Source: Candidatus Babelota bacterium (GTDB lineage Bacteria > Babelota > Babeliae > Babelales > Vermiphilaceae). Taken from it: a stretch of DNA of 32,000 nt. The DNA lies in contig JBDHVY010000001.1 of NCBI GenBank assembly GCA_039809905.1, positions 300,001 to 332,000 on the forward strand, read 5' to 3'. Positions 7,751 to 17,600 of the stretch are shown in pieces. The stretch's first letter is position 1, and each line of letters begins with the position of its first letter. The notes below the pieces were generated by a model. That model searched no databases. It had not been told where the DNA came from and saw only the letters and a program-made list of their open reading frames with translations. A program made the translations under genes and the position numbers.

Positions 7751-9850
7751 TTATGATAACAATTTAAGACTTGTACGTCCTGTTGCTTCATCATGATCTA
7801 AAACTTCAACTTTAACTTCGTCATTTAATTTTATAGTTTGCGCAAATGTTCTTTGTAATTCACGTGGAATATTTGATACGTGCACAAGACCATCAAATCC
7901 AGGAACAAGTTCAACAAACACACCAAAATCTACTATACGGCGAACTTTACCATTAAATATAGCGCCTTTATCAATTTGACCAGCCAAGGTTTTAACCCAT
8001 TTAACCGCCAAATCAATATCTGCTTCAGGTCCACCAAATATTTTCACTAATCCATCAGGCTCAATATCAATTGATGTTTTAGTAGTTTCGGTAATTTCTC
8101 GAATTGTTTTACCGCCAGATCCAATAATTGCACCAATCTTATCACTATGAATACTTAATGTAATTACCTTTGGTACCAATGCAGAAAGTTCAGCATTTGG
8201 AGCGGTCATTACTTTACGCATTTCGCCTAAAATATGTAAGCGGCCAACACGCGCTTGTTCAAGAGCTTGTTCAAACACTTCGCGGCGTAAACCACCTTTG
8301 TATTTCACATCCATTTGAATTGCAGAAATACCAGAATCTGTACCTATAACTTTGAAATCCATTAAACCAAATGCATCCTCAAATGCGTTAATATCAGTAA
8401 GTGGTACAAATACGCCTTCAGATTTTTCTAAAAGACCCATTGCAACACCAGCAACCATTTTTTTTATTGGTACACCAGCTTGCATAAGTGCCATAGTAGT
8501 CACGCATGCTGTTGCCATTGATGATGAACCGTCAGATTCCAAAATATCAACAACAACACGAATGGTATAAGGGAACTGTTCTGGTGTTGGACGTAAATAA
8601 TCAAATGCAGAACGCGCAAGATATCCATGACCAGTTTCTCGTCTGCTTGTACCACGCATTGGTTTAACTTCACCACTAGCAAAAGGAGGGAAGTTATAAT
8701 GCAACATAAATGAACCTTCATTAGATTCATTGTCCATTAATGTATCAAATTTTTGTTCATCTTGCCCGCTACCAAGTGTAACGCTCGCTAAAGCTTGAGT
8801 ATTACCACGGGTAAACAATGCTGATCCGTGCGTGAATGGCAATAAGCCAACTTCAACAGAAATAGGACGAACGGTTGTAAAATCACGTCCATCAACACGT
8901 TTGTTTTGAACAAAAATTAAATTGCTTAATTTTTCTTGTAATTCATCACCGAAAATATAATCGATAACTGATTGCGGAGCTCCTGCTTCATCAATTTTTT
9001 CTTGATATTCAGCAGCAAAATCTTTTTTTATTTCATCAAGATATGCATATCGCTCATGTTTATCTTGGATATACATGCGTTCAACACGGTCTTGGGTAAG
9101 GAATTTATTTACCTCACCTTTCCATATATCAAACCCATATTTATCTTCATGGGCAGGCTGCTCAAAATTAAGAGCCTGTTGAATTTCTTTTTGCCATGCA
9201 ATTAATTTTTTAATTTTTTCATGCGCTTGGAATAAGACATCAACAAAACCTTTTTCATCCAACTCATTAGTTGAACCTTCAACCATAACAATGCCTTCTT
9301 CTGTTCCGGCAACAACAATGCGCATGTCTGATTTTTGCTGTTCAGGATGTGTTGGATTAAATATCCATCTACCATCAACACGTCCAACTTCTATAACACC
9401 AATTGGTCCCATAAAAGGGATTTTTGAAATAGATAAAGCAAGCGATGCAGCCAAAAGGGAAATCGTATTGGGAGTATGGAGCTTATCAACTGAATACACC
9501 GTAGTAAGAACTTGCAGTTGATCAAAGTAATTATAAGGAAATAATGGACGAATGGCACGATCAATGAGGCGACTTGTTAAAACTTCACGATCTGAAAGTT
9601 TACCTTCTCTTTTAAAATATCCACCAGGGATTTTTCCTGCTGCTGAATATTGTTCACGATATTCAATCGTAAGTGGCAAAAATCCAGGAAACTCTTTTGA
9701 CGGTGCTGATGTTGCAGTTGCTAAAATAACCGTTCCACCTTGTTTTAATAAAACTGCACCATCGGCTTGGCGAGCTAATTTACCAATTTCTACCTCAAAA
9801 CCAAATTCTTCATTTTTAAACGTTCGTACCATTCTAGGAAACCTATACAT
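7751..9850 (-). CDS. pnp: polyribonucleotide nucleotidyltransferase (PNPase)
   Basis: 699 aa with two RNase PH-like domains plus KH (IGAIIGSGGKTIREI) and S1 (GKVRRIVDFGVFVEL) domains. The start could alternatively be the second ATG at 9832. Confidence 0.97.
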   Translation of the reverse strand: MYRFPRMVRTFKNEEFGFEVEIGKLARQADGAVLLKQGGTVILATATSAPSKEFPGFLPLTIEYREQYSAAGKIPGGYFKREGKLSDREVLTSRLIDRAIRPLFPYNYFDQLQVLTTVYSVDKLHTPNTISLLAASLALSISKIPFMGPIGVIEVGRVDGRWIFNPTHPEQQKSDMRIVVAGTEEGIVMVEGSTNELDEKGFVDVLFQAHEKIKKLIAWQKEIQQALNFEQPAHEDKYGFDIWKGEVNKFLTQDRVERMYIQDKHERYAYLDEIKKDFAAEYQEKIDEAGAPQSVIDYIFGDELQEKLSNLIFVQNKRVDGRDFTTVRPISVEVGLLPFTHGSALFTRGNTQALASVTLGSGQDEQKFDTLMDNESNEGSFMLHYNFPPFASGEVKPMRGTSRRETGHGYLARSAFDYLRPTPEQFPYTIRVVVDILESDGSSSMATACVTTMALMQAGVPIKKMVAGVAMGLLEKSEGVFVPLTDINAFEDAFGLMDFKVIGTDSGISAIQMDVKYKGGLRREVFEQALEQARVGRLHILGEMRKVMTAPNAELSALVPKVITLSIHSDKIGAIIGSGGKTIREITETTKTSIDIEPDGLVKIFGGPEADIDLAVKWVKTLAGQIDKGAIFNGKVRRIVDFGVFVELVPGFDGLVHVSNIPRELQRTFAQTIKLNDEVKVEVLDHDEATGRTSLKLLS

Positions 9851-9911
9851 AAAATTTTATTGAGCAAAGTTACATTATCACGCATTAACAAATCTTGTAA
9901 ATGCTGTTGAG

Positions 9912-10181
9912 TTACTTACGTAAACCAAGCTTTGCTACTAATTCTCTATACATATTTACATTTGTTTTCTGTAAGTATGTTAATAAACTACGACGATTAC
10001 AGACTTTTTTCAATAATCCTCTACGAGTACTGTAATCTTTTGGATTTTGTTGACAATGAGCTGTCAATCTTACGATATCTTTGGTCAAAATTGCAACTTG
10101 AACTTGAGAAGAACCAGTATCCTGAGTATTGATACCAAATTCACCAAAAATATTTTGTTTTTCTTCTTTTGTAACCGCCAT
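9912..10181 (-). CDS. rpsO: 30S ribosomal protein S15
   Basis: 89 aa with DTGSSQVQVAILTKDIVRLTAHCQQNPKDYSTRRGLLKKVCNRRSLLTYL. AAAGGA SD lies 6 nt upstream. Classic rpsO-pnp pairing. Confidence 0.95.
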   Translation of the reverse strand: MAVTKEEKQNIFGEFGINTQDTGSSQVQVAILTKDIVRLTAHCQQNPKDYSTRRGLLKKVCNRRSLLTYLQKTNVNMYRELVAKLGLRK

Positions 10182-10213
10182 GAAAAATCCTTTATTTATA
10201 ACCTATTATTGTC

Positions 10214-10242
10214 AGTATATCACAGTTTATAATTCAGACCAA
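10214..10242 (-). promoter_or_regulatory. candidate sigma70-type promoter for rpsO-pnp
   Basis: Minus strand reads TTGGTC (10242-10237), a 17-nt spacer, then TATACT (10219-10214), about 30 nt upstream of the rpsO ATG. Confidence 0.3.
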
Positions 10243-10291
10243 CACCAGAATCTAAAGCAAATCTAATTTAATGACTTTTTATCTTTATCGC

Positions 10292-10412
10292 CCAGCCTAC
10301 GCATAAAGCTTCGGCGGGCAGCCCACGCTTTTAATCCGCAATCTTTTTTCTCTGTTCTATATCAATCATTTAAAAAACTAGCCTGCCAGCCGTAGCTTTA
10401 CGCGTAGGCTGG
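10292..10412. repeat. 121-bp inverted-repeat element: two 30-nt GC-rich arms (27/30 complementary) flanking a 61-nt AT-rich spacer
   Basis: Left arm 10292-10321 is CCAGCCTACGCATAAAGCTTCGGCGGGCAG. The reverse complement of the right arm 10383-10412 is CCAGCCTACGCGTAAAGCTACGGCTGGCAG. The right arm overlaps the encoded CCA end of tRNA-Val by 3 nt. Confidence 0.75.
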
Positions 10413-10484
10413 TAGGCGCGAGCGGGATTGAACCGCTGACCCTTGCTACGTCAAAGCAATGCTCTGCCACTGAGCTACGCGCCT
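10410..10484 (-). tRNA. tRNA-Val (anticodon GAC)
   Basis: 75-nt cloverleaf on the minus strand: AGGCGCG-TA-GCTC-AGTGGCA-GAGC-A-TTGCT-TTGACGT-AGCAA-GGGTC-AGCGG-TTCAATC-CCGCT-CGCGCCT-ACCA. All stems are fully paired and the CCA is encoded. Confidence 0.9.
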
Positions 10485-10494
10485 ATAATGCAAG

Positions 10495-10526
10495 TCGATC
10501 TAAAGAATAATATTTCTTTAGATCGA
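10495..10526 (-). other. perfect 13-bp hairpin between the rpoC stop and tRNA-Val (processing site or U-tract-less terminator candidate)
   Basis: TCGATCTAAAGAA (10495-10507), loop TAATAT, then TTCTTTAGATCGA (10514-10526). No U-run follows on the transcribed (minus) strand. Confidence 0.35.
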
Positions 10527-10544
10527 ACTCACGTTAATTTCAAA

Positions 10545-13500
10545 TTATGCAGCAGATGCTGGATAATCGCCACTTTCACGGCGCTCTCCTTCTTGAGCTT
10601 GTCGCTCTAGATCGGAAAGATCATCACCGATATAGCGTTTTCTGAAAGACTTAATACCTGTTCCTGCAGGAATTAATTTTCCTACAATAACATTTTCTTT
10701 CAATCCAAATAGGTGATCTATTTGCCCACTCATTGCAGCTTCGGTCAAGATTCTTGTCGTTTCTTGGAATGATGCAGCTGAAATAAAGCTTTCTGTTCCT
10801 AATGATGCTTGGGTAATACCCATCAACATAGGTTTTCCGATTGCAGGGCGTTTTCCTTGAGCACGCAAAGCTGCATTCACCGTTTGGAAATGAACGTAAT
10901 CTACACGGTCACCAATAAGGAAATCACTTTCCCCACCTTCAATCACGCGTACTTTACGCAACATTTGACGAACTATCAATTCAATATGACGATCATTAAT
11001 ATCTACATCTTGCAAACGATAAATTTCTTGAATTTGGTCAACTAAATAACGCTGTACTTTTTCTGGTCCTAAAATACGAAGCATATCATGCAACACAGGA
11101 GAACCAGATGTTAATGGATCACCAGCACTTACGTGCTCACCATCAACAACGTTCAATTGTTTACCGCGTGGAACAAGATATTCATGACGGTCTGCACCAC
11201 TTATCACGCTTACTTTTCTAAATCCACGATGCAATCCTCCGATAACAACCTCTCCATCTACATCAGATAGAATTGCTGCATCTTTTGGACTACGTGCTTC
11301 AAAAAGCTCTGCAATACGTGGTAAACCACCAGTGGTAATATCTTTAGATTTTGCAATTTCACGAGGCATTTTAACTAAAATGTCACCAATTTCAACGCGT
11401 TGCTTTTCTGCTACGTTCACATAGGAACCTTCAGGAAGGAAGTATTGTGTTAATTCCTCTCCTCTATCATCAACAATACTAATTGCTGGCTGATATTGTT
11501 CTCCACGTGTTCCCATCACGATTGTTCGTGATTTACCCGTAGCTTCATCAAAGCGTTCATGAATCGTTACATTTTTTACGAGATCAAGATAGACAACCGT
11601 TCCTGCTTTTTCAGTCATAAGAACTTTGTTATTCGGATCCCAATCTGCAAGTTTAGTACCTGCTTTTACTTCTTGTTTATCTTTTACGTATACTATAGAA
11701 CCATACTGAAGTTCATGTTGTTGTAATTCGCGACCATCAGGAGCAACAACCAAGAGACGAGCTTTTCTACTCATCACAACCATTTGTCCTTGAGGGTTAA
11801 CTACGACACGCACACCATGCCATTCAATAGTTCCATCATATTTTGCATTAATAAATGGCTGCTCAGAAAGACCACTCGCCAAACCACCAATATGGAAGGT
11901 TCTCATAGTAAGCTGTGTTCCTGGTTCACCAATTGATTGTGCAGCAATAATACCAACAGTTGTTCCTTCATCAACTAATCTGCCTTTGGATAAATCATAT
12001 CCATAACAAAGCGCACAAACACCGCGTTTTGCTTGGCAAGAAAGCACTGAACGGACAAGAACTTTAGATACTGCTGAGCTATCAAGCTTTGGCATTAATT
12101 CACGCGTTACTACATCACCACGACTTAAAATCAGTTCTCCATTTACTGGATCCCTTAAGTCAGCAGCGAGCACACGACCAAATACGCGTCGTCCCATTGG
12201 ATATACCGTATCTCCGGCTTCCTTCAAATCTGCAATTTCAAGATAACCAAGAGTGTTACAATCATTGATAGTTACAACAACATCTTGTGCAACATCAACA
12301 AGTCGACGTGTCAAATAACCAGAACTTGCTGTTTTAAGTGCAGTATCTGACTGACCTTTACGAGCACCGTTAGTTGAAATGAAATACTCAAATACGCTTA
12401 AACCTTGTTTAAAGTTTGACTTAACTGGTATTTCAATAATTTCACCCGTTGGTTTTGACATCAATCCACGCATACCAACAAGCTGCTTAACCTGATCTTT
12501 AGTACCACGAGCACCAGATTCTAACATCATAAATACAGGACTGAATGGTTTATTCTGACCATCTTCATTAGCAAAGACTTTTTTATCTGCAACATCGAGT
12601 TGTCCATACATCGTTTGAGCAACAGTTGCTGTTGCATCACGCCAAATACCAATTACCTTGTTATAGCGTTCACCATTTGTAATGACACCATCCATGTACA
12701 ATGATTCAATTTTTTCAACTTCTTTTTCAGCCTTATGTACAATGGCATCTTTTTCAGCCGGTACAATAAGATCTTCAATAGAAAGTGAGATACCCGAAAT
12801 TGTCGCATAGTAAAAACCAAGGTGTTTAATACGATCTAAGCACAATACGGTTGCATCTTTACCAAATTGGTAATATACCTCTTCAATTAATTTACCTAAA
12901 TCACTGCGTTTCAATATTTTATTAATAACATTGAACGCAAATCCTTGTGGCAACGCCTCATATACTAATACACGTCCAACAGTAGTTTCTACGATTTCAT
13001 TGTTAGCCAAACGCACTTTTATTTGTGCATGAAGGTCTATGGTATCGCATTGGAATGCTGTAATAACTTCCGCTACGTTTGAAAATGTAATTCCTTCACC
13101 ACGTGATCCTTTACGAATTTTAGTCATAAAGTGAAGACCGAGTACCATATCCTGCGAAGGAACAGTAACTGGTTTACCACTTGATGGAGAAAGAATGTTA
13201 TTCGTTGATAAGATGAGCCTATCACTTTCCAACTGAGATTTTTTACTCAATGGCAAATGGACAGCCATCTGGTCACCATCGAAATCGGCGTTAAATGCAG
13301 AACAAACAAGTGGATGAATTTTAATTGCTTTACCATCAACCAAAATAGGATAGAAGGCTTGAATACCAAGTCTATGCAATGTTGGAGCACGGTTAAGAAG
13401 TACTGGTCTTTTATACACTACTTCTTCTAAAACATCCCACACTTCTGGTTCTAATTCTTCAACCATACGACGAGCAACGCGCATATTAGATGCCAATTCA

Positions 13501-14672
13501 CGCTCAATTAAACCCGCATAAATATATGGCTTAAATAATTCTAAAGCCATAGCTTTTGGAATTCCGCACTGATCCATACGTAATTCTGGATCAACAACAA
13601 TCACTGATCGGCCAGAGTAATCAACACGGCGACCAAGAAGATTTTGTCGGAATCGTCCTTGTTTACCACGAAGCATTTCGCTCAGTGATTTTAATGGACG
13701 TTTATTAGATCCACGAACAGCTTGGCCTCGTCTACCATTATCAATAAGCGCATCAACGGATTCTTGAAGCATTCGTTTTTCATTTTTGATAATCACGCCC
13801 GGTGCATCAATTTCCATAAGTCTTTGGAGACGGATATTTCTATTTAATACACGGCGATATAATTCATTCAAATCAGAACTTGCAAAACGTCCACCTTCAA
13901 GTGGTACTAATGGTCGTAAATCTGGTGGAAGAACTGGCAAAACAGTCAGTATCATCCATTCAGGACTGATAGCACCATTCAATAGACCCGTCAATACTTT
14001 CATACGACGGGTTAATTTGTGACGTACTGCAATAGATGTAGTATGTGCATAATCAGAATGAAGCTTATCAAGCTCAATCTTAAGATCCATGAAACTTAAA
14101 ACAAGTCGTATTGCTTCTGCACCAATTTCTGCCAAAAAGTCAGTATCATCAGAACGTTGCATGATATAATTTTCATATTCAGTTGAACTTAATAAAGTTT
14201 TCGCTGGATATGGAGATTTACCTTGCTTGACAACCATGTACATATCAAAGTAAATAACACGTTCCAAATCTTTCACCGGCATATCGAGAATCAATCCAAG
14301 ATAACTTGGAATACCCTTGAGATACCAAATATGGCATACTGGCGCAACAAGCTGAATGTGTCCCATTCTTTCACGTCGAACACGTGATTGAATAACTTCA
14401 ACACCGCACTTTTCGCAGGTAATCCCGCGATGCTTCATACGCTTGTATTTTCCACAGTTACATTCCCAATCCTTTACCGGACCGAAAATGCGCGCACAAA
14501 ATAATCCATCTCGTTCTGGTTTTAACGTTCTATAGTTAATTGTTTCGATTTTTTTAACTTCACCATAGGACAAAGAACGGATTTTCTTTGGAGAAGCAAG
14601 GCTGATTTTAATAACATTAAAACGCGTAACATTTATGTATTCTTTAAAACGCTCTAACATTTGATTACTCAT
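10545..14672 (-). CDS. rpoC: DNA-directed RNA polymerase subunit beta-prime
   Basis: 1375 aa with the N-terminal zinc motif CNCGKYKRMKHRGITCEKCG, the catalytic NADFDGDQMAVH and the trigger-loop/bridge-helix regions. The ATG overlaps the rpoB stop. Confidence 0.98.
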   Translation of the reverse strand: MSNQMLERFKEYINVTRFNVIKISLASPKKIRSLSYGEVKKIETINYRTLKPERDGLFCARIFGPVKDWECNCGKYKRMKHRGITCEKCGVEVIQSRVRRERMGHIQLVAPVCHIWYLKGIPSYLGLILDMPVKDLERVIYFDMYMVVKQGKSPYPAKTLLSSTEYENYIMQRSDDTDFLAEIGAEAIRLVLSFMDLKIELDKLHSDYAHTTSIAVRHKLTRRMKVLTGLLNGAISPEWMILTVLPVLPPDLRPLVPLEGGRFASSDLNELYRRVLNRNIRLQRLMEIDAPGVIIKNEKRMLQESVDALIDNGRRGQAVRGSNKRPLKSLSEMLRGKQGRFRQNLLGRRVDYSGRSVIVVDPELRMDQCGIPKAMALELFKPYIYAGLIERELASNMRVARRMVEELEPEVWDVLEEVVYKRPVLLNRAPTLHRLGIQAFYPILVDGKAIKIHPLVCSAFNADFDGDQMAVHLPLSKKSQLESDRLILSTNNILSPSSGKPVTVPSQDMVLGLHFMTKIRKGSRGEGITFSNVAEVITAFQCDTIDLHAQIKVRLANNEIVETTVGRVLVYEALPQGFAFNVINKILKRSDLGKLIEEVYYQFGKDATVLCLDRIKHLGFYYATISGISLSIEDLIVPAEKDAIVHKAEKEVEKIESLYMDGVITNGERYNKVIGIWRDATATVAQTMYGQLDVADKKVFANEDGQNKPFSPVFMMLESGARGTKDQVKQLVGMRGLMSKPTGEIIEIPVKSNFKQGLSVFEYFISTNGARKGQSDTALKTASSGYLTRRLVDVAQDVVVTINDCNTLGYLEIADLKEAGDTVYPMGRRVFGRVLAADLRDPVNGELILSRGDVVTRELMPKLDSSAVSKVLVRSVLSCQAKRGVCALCYGYDLSKGRLVDEGTTVGIIAAQSIGEPGTQLTMRTFHIGGLASGLSEQPFINAKYDGTIEWHGVRVVVNPQGQMVVMSRKARLLVVAPDGRELQQHELQYGSIVYVKDKQEVKAGTKLADWDPNNKVLMTEKAGTVVYLDLVKNVTIHERFDEATGKSRTIVMGTRGEQYQPAISIVDDRGEELTQYFLPEGSYVNVAEKQRVEIGDILVKMPREIAKSKDITTGGLPRIAELFEARSPKDAAILSDVDGEVVIGGLHRGFRKVSVISGADRHEYLVPRGKQLNVVDGEHVSAGDPLTSGSPVLHDMLRILGPEKVQRYLVDQIQEIYRLQDVDINDRHIELIVRQMLRKVRVIEGGESDFLIGDRVDYVHFQTVNAALRAQGKRPAIGKPMLMGITQASLGTESFISAASFQETTRILTEAAMSGQIDHLFGLKENVIVGKLIPAGTGIKSFRKRYIGDDLSDLERQAQEGERRESGDYPASAA

Positions 14673-17600
14673 GATTAACGTTCTCCTTCCCCAACTTAAG
14701 TAGATCCACTTGTAAGTTTAAGCTCTGAAGCTCTTTGATAAGTACGTTGAATGACTCTGGAACACCTGGTTCTGGTACATCATCCCCAGCAATAATTGCT
14801 TGGTATGCTTTATGTCGGCCAGTTACATCATCAGATTTAACTGTTAACATTTCTTGTAATGCATAAGCTGCACCATAAGCTTCCATAGCCCAAACTTCCA
14901 TTTCTCCAAGTCGCTGACCACCCTGCTGCGCTTTACCACCAAGAGGCTGCTGCGTCACCAGTGAGTAAGGCCCAACAGAACGAGCATGTAACTTATCATC
15001 AACCATATGGTTTAATTTCATTACATAAATGTTGCCGATGGTAACAGGTTGTTGGAAATATTCACCTGTTCTACCATTACGTACTCGGAATGAACCGGAC
15101 GTTGGCAAATCAAGATCTTTCAACAAAGGTACAATGTCATGTTCTAGCGTTGCACCATCAAAGACCGGAGTTCTAAAATGAACACCGTCTTCTGCTGTTT
15201 TACGCGCAAGTTCCATCACACCGTCTTTTCCATAATTGGTTTCATAATCTGTAATTATGTCTTTACCAAAACAGTAAATGAGATGCTTTTTAACCGCTTC
15301 ATATCCATCTGTTTCTAATAAATTTTGAACTCTGTTGCCAAGCTCTTTGCCGGCAAGACCCAAAATTGTCTCAAGAATCTGCCCTACGTTCATACGAGAT
15401 GGAATACCTAATGGATTTAAAACAATATCCACCGGTGTACCATCATCTAAGTATGGCATATCTTCTCGAGGAACGATGGCTGAAACGATACCTTTGTTAC
15501 CATGACGACCCGCTACTTTATCTCCAACAGAGACGTGGCGTTTCATCGCGATATACACTTTAACCATCTTAATAACACCAGATGGCAAGACATCGCCTTT
15601 TTTGAAATGATTAATACGATCTTCTTTCAATCCTTCCAAGATACGAAGCTGATTCTCATATGAATCTTTCAATCGCTTCAGTTCTTCTTGTGCAGATTTA
15701 TCTTTTAGCTTTATTTTGAAAAGATCTTCAAGCGAAAAATCTTTCAACTCTTGCTTGTCGTATTTATCTCCACGAACGCCTTTCTTGACGTCCGCCATTG
15801 CTTGCTTACCGTCTGCAATATCAGATATTTTATGAGCAATCATTTTTTGCAAGAAAATAACATGATGAACATTGTCAATTTCTAGCTTTTCAATTTGTTT
15901 TGCTACTTCTTGTTTATAACGAGCATCTTTTCGAACACCACTTCGTGAGAATATTTTGACATCAATTACCGTACCTTCAATTCCAGGTGGAACACGTAAT
16001 GATGTATCTCTTACTTCACGTGATTTTTCTCCAAAAATTGCACGTAAAAGTTTTTCTTCCGGTGAATATTGAATATCACCTTTGAGAGTTACCTTACCAA
16101 CAAGAATATCGCCTGGTTTTACACGAGTACCAACACGCACAATACCATCTTCGTCAAGGCATTCAAGCGCTGATTCGCTTACGTTAGGTAAATCACGTGT
16201 AAGTTCTTCAGGCCCGAGCTTTGTATCACGAGCATCAACAATGTATTCATCTATGTGTACTGAAGTAAGCTCATTATCACTGACAAGACGCTTATTCAAT
16301 ACAATAGCATCCTCAAAGTTGTATCCATGCCATAACATAAATGCTACTGAGAAGTTTTTACCTAATGCCAATTCACCATCGGAAATTGAAGCGCCATTAG
16401 TTAAAACATCTCCTGCCTTAACAACTTCACCAACTTGTACGATTGGCGCATGATGAATCCATGTGCTATAACTTGAGCGCTGGAATTTTTTCAAATGATA
16501 GATGTCAATTCCATGAGTCACCCAATCTTCAGTATTAGCGCATTCATCTTCATTAACACGAACAACTATTTTATCTGAAGAAACGTACTGAATAATACCA
16601 CTTCGTTTTGCTAATACCAATGCACCTGATGATTTAACAATTTCTCGCTCCATACCAGTACCAACAATTGGCGCTTTAGTCGCGATCAATGGAACTGCTT
16701 GACGTTGCATGTTTGCACCCATAAGGGCACGAACAGCATCATCATGATCAAGGAATGGTACTAATGCCGCAGAAACAGAAACTAACTGTTTTGGTGATAA
16801 ATCAATGTAATTGATTTTTTCTGCATCAACATACAACAAGTTATCATCGTATCGAGCAAATATTTTTTCACCTTTTAACTGATTTGTTTTTGGATCAATA
16901 GCATCTGCCTGAGCAATATAATTACCAGACTCTTCAAATGCATCCAAGAAAACAACTTCATTTAAAATTTTACCGTTAACTACGGGACGATATGCTGTTT
17001 CAATAAAGCCTAGGTCATTAACCATTGCATATGTTGCAAGTGATGAAATCAAACCAACAGTTTGACCTTCTGGTGTTTCAATAGGACAAATTCTTCCATA
17101 ATGAGATGAATGAACGTCACGAATTTCAAATGTCGCACGATCTTTCAATACACCACCTGGCCCGAGGGCTGACAAACGACGCTTATGCGCAAGTTCCGCC
17201 ATCGGATTTGTTTGATCCATAAATTGAGAAAGCTGACCAAGCCCAAAGAATTCTCTGATAACCGCACTTAATGGCTTAACATTAAGAAAATCTTGAGGCA
17301 TCAAAGCACCATGTGCTTCTTGCATTCTGAAACGTTCACGGACGATACGTTCTATGCGAGTAAAGCCAAGATACATTTGGTTATTTAATAATTCACCAAC
17401 CAACCTTACGCGACGATTACCTAAATGATCAATATCATCAAGCTCACCTTCTCCTCGTTCTCTCAAATTAACGAGGTAGCGAATAGTTTGAACAATATCA
17501 TCTTTAGTAAGCGCTAATTGATCTTCTGGTGTTGATAAACCTAATTTACGGTTCATGCGAACACGACCAACGCGTGTTAAATCATAAAAACGATTATTGA

